Below are positions 54,380 to 64,000 of a DNA stretch of 64,000 nt, piece by piece. The translations under genes and the position numbers were made by a program. The first letter of the stretch is position 1, and each line of letters starts with the position of its first letter. Source of the DNA: Octopus sinensis (lineage: Eukaryota); the NCBI RefSeq assembly GCF_006345805.1, contig NC_043022.1:9300001-9364000 (forward strand), in the 5' to 3' direction. The notes beneath the pieces are model-generated. The model made no database searches, was not told the DNA's origin, and worked only from the letters and a program-made list of their open reading frames with translations.

Positions 54380-54645
54380 CATAAGGATGGTGCATTTTTC
54401 TTTTCTAGAATGTTCTCAGAGCAGTAATTTGACTAAGACTAATCCAGACTAATGATTCACCGTATTACAAATTGACACGATTCAGTTTGTCTAGACTCAT
54501 CTTGTCTTATCGTATCTCATCTCGTTATCATCAGTGAAGGGGAAAAAACTATATCGTTGATGTTATCCTGATCTGGTTGGATCCGATTTGATCCGAGCGA
54601 GGAAGGAAACCTGACTCGATTCTCTACCTGTTTCCCCTCCGCCAC
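54380..54645. promoter_or_regulatory. Unique CpG-retaining island, candidate promoter/5' UTR or enhancer
   Basis: About 10 CpGs in 54460-54645; no similarity to the repeat families here; flanked by microsatellites. Confidence 0.3.
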
Positions 54646-54690
54646 CACCACCACCAACAACAACCACACATGATGAAATTCTCACATAGG

Positions 54691-54740
<50 letters not shown>

Positions 54741-55369
54741 CATGCACATGTCTTTCTCTCTCTCTCTGTCTTTCACACACAAACACACACACATAAACAT
54801 GCACCTGTCTCTCTCTCTCTCTCTCGCTCTCTCACAAACACATCTCTCTCTCTCTCTCTCCTTTTACATACACACACACACACACGCCTGCATGCTCTCT
54901 TTCTCTCTTTCACACACACACACACACACACACATACATGCATGAATGCACACACACTCTCTCTCTCTCCCTCTCTTACATACACACATGCATGTATTCT
55001 CTCACATGTACACACACACACACACACACACAACATGCATGCACTCTCTCTCTCTCTCTCTCTCTCACATACACACACGCACACACACAAAACACGCTAT
55101 CGTCATACCTGAATCATAACATTTAAATAAATGCAATTTCCCTTTCCTCTTCCTCATTTTTTTTTCCCTTTTTTATTTTTACCTTGTCTGATCAGATCGG
55201 ATCTCAGCATGAATGATCATCATCATCATCATCATTTGCTGCAGCATCATCACCATCATCATCATCACCTTCACATGAAACCTGAATCACAGCTTTAAAT
55301 ATAACTCTTACGTTCACTATTGTTATAGTCATTGCCTCAAACCTTCATCAATACTACTACTATTACCAT

Positions 55370-55420
<51 letters not shown>

Positions 55421-55684
55421 CATTACTACTACTACTACTATTACCATTACTACTACTACTACTACTACTATACTACTACTACTACTACCATCATCACTAC
55501 TATCACCACCATCAACCATTTCTGCTATTATCACTACTACTACCACTACTACCACCACCACCACCACCACTACTAATACTACTGTCATCATCACTATCAC
55601 CACTAATACTACTATATCACCAACTGTACTACTGCCACCACTGTAGTGTTCTCTACCCCCACTAACACTACTTCTCATCTTAAT

Positions 55685-56458
55685 CCTTTAGAATTTAAAT
55701 TGACCTTATCCAACTCAAATATTCTTCTTGTTCTGTGTTCAAACCATCCAGATCTGGCCTCTCACACCTACCCTACAATGTCATTGTAAAGATAAAAAAA
55801 TCACATTGTTGAAATCTCAAAGCTATGAGATAACACTTCGTTAATTCAAAGCAATGTAAATAAACATTATATTTGAGAGAATAATCTGAATTCTAATGGG
55901 TTAAACCAGCCATATCAATTACATGTATTTTATGTTCTAACCATCCAGATCCAGCCTCTCGGGTCGACCCTACAATGTCATTCTGAAAATTAAAAACATC
56001 ATATCATTCAAATCTAGAAGCCATGAGATGATGCATGATTAATTCAAAACAATGTGAATAAATAAAAGGTACTGGGTGCCCTCTAGATCCCCTTTGGTTA
56101 TGAATGACCATGGGATTGCACCTAGAAAGTTACCCTTCAAAGCACAAGTCTGGGCAATGTTGTTTATGAAAGACCAACAGCCTCTCCTCTCCATGCCACC
56201 AATGTTATCCAAGGGAAAGGCAAAGGCCGATACAGCTTGGCACCAGTGATGCCGCAACTTATTTCTATAGCTGGGTGAACTGGAGCAACTTGAAAAATAA
56301 AGCGTCTTGCTCAAGAACCCAAACACATAGACCAGTCCAGGAATTGAACTCACTATCTCATGATTGTGAGCCCGACGTTCTAACCACTGAGCCATATGCC
56401 TTCACTAATGTGAATAAATAAGCATTACATTTGACTGAGTTGTCTGAATGCTAAAAGG
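55685..56458. mobile_element. Two adjacent P2 piggyBac-like MITEs, the second carrying a C2 SINE (minus, 56066-56406)
   Basis: ggg-TTAA at 55898-55904; 15-bp TSD aatgtgaataaataa at 56051-56065 and 56407-56421. Confidence 0.8.
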
Positions 56459-57119
56459 TTAACACTAAAAGTGCCGAGCATTTGTGCCATCTTTCTTAGT
56501 AATTCTGCAAATTTTAAGAAAGCTACATGAGTTATTTTGTTGTATTGTATTTTGGTTTGGAAGAGTTTTGATGTGCACTCGTGTGTTGAAACATATTTTC
56601 CAGGAAGTGGCAGGAGGGAGAAGGGGGTCTGGCATAATGACCCTCCAGAGATACAAGAGTACACAAAGTATGAAATAATGGAATTCGTGGGAGAAAAAAA
56701 CAACTTCAGAATTTATAAAACACCACTGTGCTAACTTTTAAGTGTTTTTTATGACGGCAAGTTGATAAGTGAAATGGAATCAAAAACGACTCAGTTGGTA
56801 CTTCTAGTATCAACATGCACTTATATGTCATTATCGTTGTCATCATCGTCATCATTTTAACATTCACTTTCCCATACTTGTATGGGTCAGGTAGATTTTA
56901 TTGAGGTAGATTTTCCATATCCATGTGCCCTTCATTTATGACTGGCCAATGATGGGTGCTTTTTCTGCAAATTTTGTGCAGTGCTTCTAATTAATGACAC
57001 TAATGCTACAGTGATCTGAAAAGATGATACTTAGATGGAACAAAATCAGGAGAAGAAGGAAGATGAGGCAAAAACTTTCATATCTAATGCCATGGGCAAT
57101 TGACTTTGCATTATCATAT

Positions 57120-57290
57120 AAGGTGGTAAGCTGGCAGGGTCGTTAGCATGCCAGGCGAAATGCTTAGCAGTATTTCGTCTGCCGCTACATTCTGAGTTCA
57201 AATTCCACCAAGGTCGACTTTGCCTTTCATCCTTTCGGGGTTGATAAATTAAGTACTAGTACCGGGGTCTGATCTAAACCCCCTCCCCAA
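57120..57290 (+). mobile_element. Family B SINE
   Basis: aggtggtaagctggcagggtcgttagcatgccaggcgaaatgc...gtcgactttgcctttcatcctttcgggg. Confidence 0.85.
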
Positions 57291-58183
57291 GGGTAAAATC
57301 AATACATATTTAACCAGTGTGGTATAAAGTCATCTGCAAAGAAAGAAAAACATTCCATTATTCCTTTTCTGCCCATTATTTCTGGAAAGGTCATGGTGGG
57401 CCCCTCACTATAGGGTCCTCTCAGAAGCAACTGTCATTAGGCTTAGTAAAGATCACTTCAGAGATTTGTATTTTTTTTTCCTTTATCATAAAAGTGGAGC
57501 CATGGGAAAGGACAGCAAAGAGAAGTGTGAGTTTAAAGAGTAGGTTGGGGTGGGGGCACATTGAAACAACAACAACAACAATGATAACCTACTGACCTGC
57601 TTGGTCAGATTTCTTGTTATGCTTGATTTCCTTTCTATTGTTGTATTTTCACCTGATATGTAGGTAAATGGGTTTCACTTAATACCTGCACAATTCCTTC
57701 CTCATTCACTCCTACTGCACCCTCATTAGCACAGACACTCCCACATCTCTGTCTCTCCCTCGCTCTCTCTCTTTCAGGTACACACACATACATACACATG
57801 CATATGCGCACGGTTGCTAGCCACATAGGTCACAGTCTTACCTTGTCTCAATTTCATTTCTTCTCTTCACACCTTCCCCTCTTTGTTCTCTCTTTCTCTC
57901 ACTCACACACTCACACACACATGCAAAGGTACAGGTGTGGGTTTGTGGTTAATAGGTTCATTTTGAAGCCACTTGGTTTCAAGTTCAGCACTTTGGGCAT
58001 ACATCGACCGCATCCCAAGGCCAGCCTAAGCCTTGCCAGTAGATTTGTTAAGTAGAAACTGTGTGGAAGCCTATTGTGTGTGTATAATGAGCAGAAAACA
58101 GGTGTAATGTTCAAAGGTCTATAGGACATACATGTGTTTCCTCAAAATTCTGCATTCACGTAATAAATTTCCTATCATAAATA

Positions 58184-59018
58184 CAGTATATGTGTGGTGA
58201 ATAAGATGTTATCTAAATTAGGCAAAAATGAAAATAACACTGACATCTGATTTTACCAAAATTACATAAAAATATTTTGAAATACTAAACAGTAAATTTA
58301 TTCAATAAAATCGCCACTGGCTTCAACCATCCCCACCAGATGGCTTCAGACTCTCCTGCAACTCTTCTGGATGGTCTCCTTGTTTAAGTTGGTGAACGCT
58401 GCCATAATCCTTGCATTCAGTTCACCTTTGGTGTTACAAGGAGTTTTGTTAGTCTCTCACTCAACTACGCCCCATACATAATAATCAAGGGGGTTGCAGT
58501 CTGGGGAGTTAGGTGATGTGGTTGCCGAAATTGCCTGACAGCCATGACTGGGTTCACCTGCTTGTGTGGCATGGTCCAGTGTCCTGTTGCCAGACATAGG
58601 GCCTTCCAGCAGCCACCCTCTTTACCCAGGGTAGCACTACCTCCTCCAGGCACTTGACATAGGCTGCTGTGTTGAATCTAAGGCCATATGGGAAGCTGAA
58701 TGGAGGCATAATGTTGCCATCACTAGTGATCACTCTAAACACCATGATGTTGACTGGATGTTTGATTTTCATCGTCCTCAGTCTGACACCCAAATACTCT
58801 GAAATATTCATATTGGAGCTTCCAGTGTGAATGCCAAGTGGTACATCATGTCATTTCCAAATTTCTGGCAGAGTGAATTCTGTCACAGTGCAGTTTTTCT
58901 CACAGACAGTGCCCAACTGACCCTACTATAATGTGTAGTCAACAAAATCAAAAACAAACAATGCACACGCACAAAATGAAAAATAATAAAATGGCAGCAG
59001 TTTACCCATCATACCCTG
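58184..59018 (-). pseudogene. Decayed Tc1/mariner transposon (DD37D/maT-like), internally deleted
   Basis: KHPVNIMVFRVITSDGNIMPPF...YVKCLEEVVLPW...YVWQQD..PCHTS, then SPDCNPLDYYVWG; 5' end TA-CAGGGTATGATGGGTAA at 59018. The 3' TIR is only weakly recognisable. Confidence 0.8.
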
Positions 59019-59049
<31 letters not shown>

Positions 59050-59345
59050 TATATATGTAAATGTAAAAAAATACAAACTGGGACAAGAACGTGAAACATT
59101 TAGAAGACGATACAAAAAACACGGACGGGACATTCGAAGCCTTCAATCTTCAGTCAAGAACCGGATCATTTTCGCAATTTCGGCTGATTAATCTTGAGAT
59201 TGCTCCGATCTGGCCAGCCCCAAAGGAAAATCTAAGCCAAGCGCATTAGATTCCTTGGAAGAAAGCCTCAAATGTATACAAAACAAGGACGGAAAACCGG
59301 ACGATGTTGCACAAATCAAAATACAAAAATACGTAAAAACAATAA
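59050..59345 (-). mobile_element. Unclassified short element, possibly a Penelope-like terminal-repeat remnant
   Basis: CpG-rich, inserted in (TA)n; shares atcagccgaaa with the hammerhead-like element at 62982-63027. Confidence 0.35.
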
Positions 59346-59422
59346 TGATATATATATAGTTATTCCAAACATGAACAAAGAGAAATCATAGATCTATCTA
59401 TTTATCTATCTATCTATCTATC

Positions 59423-60240
59423 TCTTTTACTCTTTTACTTGTTTCAGTCATTTGACTGCGGCCATGCTAGAGCACCACATTTAGTCGAGCAAATCGACCC
59501 CGGGACTTATTCTTTGTAAGCCCAGTACTTATTCTATCGGTTTCTTTTGCCGAACCGCTAAGTGAAGGGGATGTAAACACACCAGCATCGGTTGTCAAGC
59601 AATGCTAGGGGGACAAACACAGACACACAAACACACACACACATACATATATATACATATAGGCGCAGGAGTGGCTGTGTGGTAAGTAGGTTGCCTACCA
59701 ACCACATGGTTCCGGGTTCAGTCCCACTGCGTGGCACCTTGGGCAAGTGTCTTCTACTATAGCCTCGGGCCGACCAAAGCCTTGTGAGTGGATTTGGTAG
59801 ACGGAAACTGAAAGAAGCCCGTTGTATATATGTATATATATATGTGCGTGTATGTTTGTGTGTCTGTTTGTCCCCTAGCATTGCTTGACAATCGATGCTG
59901 GTGTGTTTATGTCCCCGTCACTTAGCGGTTCGGCAAAAGAGACCGATAGAATAAGTACTGGGCTTACAAAGAATAAGTCCCGGGGTCGAGTTGCTCTACT
60001 AAAGGCAGTGCTCCAGCATGGCCGCAGTCAACTGACTGAAACAAGTAAAAGAGTAAAAGAGATGAGTATATATACGACAGGCTTCTTTCAGTTTCCGTCT
60101 ACCAAATCCACTCACAAGGCATTGGTCGGCCCAGGGCTATAGCAGAAGACACTTGCCCAAGATGCCACGCAGTGGGACTGAACCCGGAACCATGTGGTTG
60201 GTTAGCAAGCTACTTACCACACAGCCACTCCTGCGCCTAT
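59423..60240. mobile_element. Young family A SINE (+, about 59657-60062) nested antisense inside another young family A SINE (-)
   Basis: Order on +: antisense 3' half, full sense copy, antisense 5' half ending cctgcgcctat. Confidence 0.9.
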
Positions 60241-60859
60241 CTGTGTATCAAATCTAATGTATTTGTTTTTCTGTCCATCCATCTTGCTATCTATCTCTTC
60301 CTGCCATTCTTCAGTGCTGCTCTTATAAAGAAATATATATTCCAGATACTGGAAATCGGTTTCTTCGACGCCTAGCAATCAATAATTTCGGTTCACAATA
60401 TCGATTATATTTGGTTCTGGATGGTGATGGCAACAGCAGCAGTAATAGCAGTGGTAGTAGTGTCGGTGGCGATGGTTTCTGTTATAGCATGATAATGGTG
60501 CTTGCTTGTAGATGGCATGACATGGTGGGGGTGGTGGTGATGGTGGTGTTCATCGTCGTTGTGATAGTGGTTCTTGTTATGACATGTAGTAGTGGTGGTA
60601 GTGGTGGTGGTGGTGGTGGTGGTGGTGGAAAGCTGTTTGTCAGATTGTGCTTATGACAGTTACGTGGTGGTAGTGACAGTGGTGGTGGTATTGTCATCAT
60701 CATCTGCTGTCTTGTCTTGCCATTGTGGTTAATTCTGAGTGGGTTGTGGTAGGAGGTAATGTCGATAGGAAGGTCGACGCCCTGCATGCGCTTGCATGTG
60801 GCAGGATGGTGGCAGAAGGGGAGACAAGATGTGCACTTAGACAAACACCCACGCACTTA

Positions 60860-60959
60860 TGTAAAGCACATTGTGTATGTATAACTACATGTATACATCC
60901 GCCTACATTGTACACACATCACCCACATGCATACATATACATGTGTGTGCATATGTATG

Positions 60960-60991
<32 letters not shown>

Positions 60992-61231
60992 CAAGCATAT
61001 GTTTACTTGCACATGCTCACATACACACACACGCCCACGTATTACATAACCAAACATGCACACACATGCATTGACCAGCACACCCATGAATTACATAAAC
61101 ACACAAACACACACATACATTCATACATGCACATACACTACATGCACACAAACATACATGTTTGTACATCCATGTATTATATGAACACACAAACATACGC
61201 ATACACACCAACACATAAACTCATACATTTA

Positions 61232-61309
<78 letters not shown>

Positions 61310-62069
61310 TATACACGTGTATGCACACCCACATAATATAAACACACAAACACATACATACACCAACACATACAAACATGCACATACACGTACAAGCATC
61401 CACATATTCCATGAAGACGCATATACGTAGACATACATATACACATACACGCCAATACATACACTCACTCATACACACGCACATGCATATATGCAGAAGA
61501 CACGTGCATAAACACACAGCACATGCACGTGTGTGTGCACACATAAATATACATGTTTTACTCTAAGTAGAGGTCATGGCAAGTACCACTCTACTGTTAC
61601 TTTAACTACAACCACTACTACTTCTGCTGCAACTACAGATACTACTACTACTACTACTACTACTTCTGCTGTTGCAACTATTAATACTACTACTACTACT
61701 ACAACCACCGCCATTACAAACACTACCACTACTACTACTTCACTACTACCACCACCACAACTGCAACAAACGCTGCCACTACTACTACCACCACCACAAC
61801 CGCAACAAACCCTGCCACTACTACTACTACATCACTACTATTACTATTATTATTACTACTACTACTTCTACTACCACTGCTACTGATACAACCACCTCTA
61901 CCACCAGTAACAGCTATTACTACTACTACTACTACCGATACAACCACTACTACTACTATTACCTCACTACTATTGCTATTATTATTACTACTACGACTAC
62001 TACTACTACTTCTAATAACACCACTACTTATACAGCCACCTCTACCACCACCACCAACTACTACCATAC

Positions 62070-62105
<36 letters not shown>

Positions 62106-62110
62106 CACCA
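60860..62110. repeat. (CA/TA)n then (ACT/ACC)n low-complexity block
   Basis: Direct reading. Confidence 0.9.
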
Positions 62111-62400
62111 CTACAGATCTTTAATTTCACTGTTATTCACTTTGGTTGAATTTCATTCCCAACCTTCCAACTTTGTTATATTTATTTAATTTTTCTTTTT
62201 TTAATCTTTTATAGTTTCTTTTTCTTTTCATAGCTTTTTTTTATTTTAAGGGGGCACTTTTTTTATTTCTGATTCCTCCCTTCCTCTCCCTTCTCCCCAC
62301 CCTCTCACCCCTATTTTTCTCACACTTTGCCTACCTATCGAGTTTCAATTTGGCTGAGGTTCAAGGCTTTCTTTGCAGGGGCTGTGTGCCCTAGTCGTAG

Positions 62401-62432
<32 letters not shown>

Positions 62433-62981
62433 GTATTCAAGCTAATTATTATAATTATCATCATCATCATCTTCTTCACTTTTTAATAACCATTTTAAGT
62501 GTGTTAACGTGGGTTGGATAGATCTGCCGTGCAACTAAATTGCTACTGTTTTGGGCTCTTTCACCTGCCCACCCCCTCAAATTTGGAACTGCCTCACTAT
62601 CTTGTTACATATTTGTTCTAAACAGCAACAGAGGCATCATTTATCCTTCTCCTCCTCATCATTATTTTTCATTATTTATCATCATCAACATCTCCATCTT
62701 CAAGTTTATCTTTACATCCATCAACACCATCATCATCATCATCATCATATTCTTTATTTTCACCATCATTATCGTAATCATCTTAATCATAATCAACATT
62801 ATCATATCATAATCATCATTATCACCAGAACCACCATTTTCATCTTCAACTTTATGTTTATATTCATTATTATCATCATCATCATCATCATTTTCAGCAT
62901 CAGCATCATCATCTATTTTACTACATCAACATGGACATCATTTACATATTGACGGATTTTGTCCTCATCTTGTTTGTTGTT

Positions 62982-63027
62982 AACACATCATTTCGGCTGA
63001 TATACCCTCCAGCCTTCATCAGGTGTC
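62982..63027 (-). ncRNA. Degenerate minimal type I hammerhead ribozyme motif (Penelope-like element type)
   Basis: GACAC-CTGATGA-A-GGCTG-gagggtatat-CAGCC-GAAA-TGAT-GTGTT: intact CUGAUGA and GAAA cores, 5-bp stems I and II, altered stem III/cleavage site. Confidence 0.55.
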
Positions 63028-63524
63028 TTGGGGAAATCCGTCAAAATGTAAATAATGTAAACAATGTACATAATTCCTCATCTCTTAAATATAGAACTGT
63101 ACATCAACATGGGTTTGATAGATCTGTAATAAAGAGTTAGATCTTCTCTAATAATCATTCTTTTCAGTCCACTCAGCTAGCAAAAAAAAACAAATGAGTA
63201 ATCCTGCAAAGGGCTGGCTTCCCATCTAGGTGGTGAGTACATATTCGCCATGGAAACCAGAAAACTGGCCCTTATGAGTTGGTATGGCCTGAGGAGGAAA
63301 ATTTTACTTGTTTTACATTGTTTCTCACGTCTATCATAAATTGTCATTCTAAAAATATACAGTGAGATACTGTGAATAAATAAACATACTTAACAGAATA
63401 ATCTGAAAGCTGAAGGTTTCAAGGGTCGTGGACACACTGATTGTTAAATAGGGCTGGGGGTCAACTCAATCAGAATTGTATATGTATGTGTGTGAGTGTA
63501 TGTATGTGTATATATATATATATA

Positions 63525-63960
63525 TATCATCATCATCATCGTTTAACGTCTGTTTTCCGCGCTAGCACGGGTTGGACAGTTCGACCGGGGTCTGGGGAGA
63601 CAGGGGCTGCACCAGGCTCCAGTCTGGTCTGGCAGTGTTTCTACAGCTGGATGCCCTTCCTAACGCCAACCACTCCGCAAGTGTAGTGGGTGCTTTTTAC
63701 GTGCCACCTGCACAGGTGCCAGAGGGGTCTGGCATAGGCCACGATCATATATCATCATCATTTAATATTTGTTTTCCATGGTGGCTGGCATGGGTTTCAC
63801 GATTTGACAGGAGCTGGGAAGCCAGAGAGCTGCACTAGGCCCCAATCAACTGTTTTGGCTCAGTTTAAGATGCCCTTCCTAATGCCAGCCACTCTACAGA
63901 GTGTACTGGGTGTCTTTTACCTGTCACTTGCACAGGTGCCCCTTATGTGTCACCCGTGTC
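63525..63960 (-). mobile_element. Two tandem family D SINE copies
   Basis: catcatcgtttaacgtc...ggatgcccttcctaacgccaaccactcc, then a second more decayed copy. Confidence 0.8.
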
Positions 63961-64000
63961 ACCCACTTGCTTGTTGGACCAAACTTCTGAGTTCTATTAC

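Overview
Eukaryotic, repeat-saturated, essentially non-coding DNA. The tRNA-headed SINE families and extreme microsatellite load look like an octopus (coleoid cephalopod) genome; this is recognition, not a database result. I cannot support any intact protein-coding gene or RNA gene. Nearly all ORFs in the track come from microsatellites or SINE reading frames. The window holds dozens of copies of about five SINE families (labelled A-E here). It also holds TA-, TTAA- and 8-bp-TSD MITEs (mariner/Tc1, piggyBac-like, hAT-like), two decayed Tc1/mariner transposase remnants, and 3' fragments of RTE-, R4/Dong- and possibly L1/Tx1-like LINEs. The most notable items are: (1) two different short elements with degenerate minimal hammerhead ribozyme folds of the Penelope-like type; (2) a 117-bp tandem array built from a SINE tRNA head with A/B boxes kept in each unit; (3) a young SINE nested antisense in a young copy of its own family, a possible long dsRNA/ADAR substrate; (4) a fold-back palindrome with a template-switch signature; (5) several unique, motif-rich islands that may be enhancers, a promoter or small exons. 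Most repeat boundaries were read by eye and are approximate.
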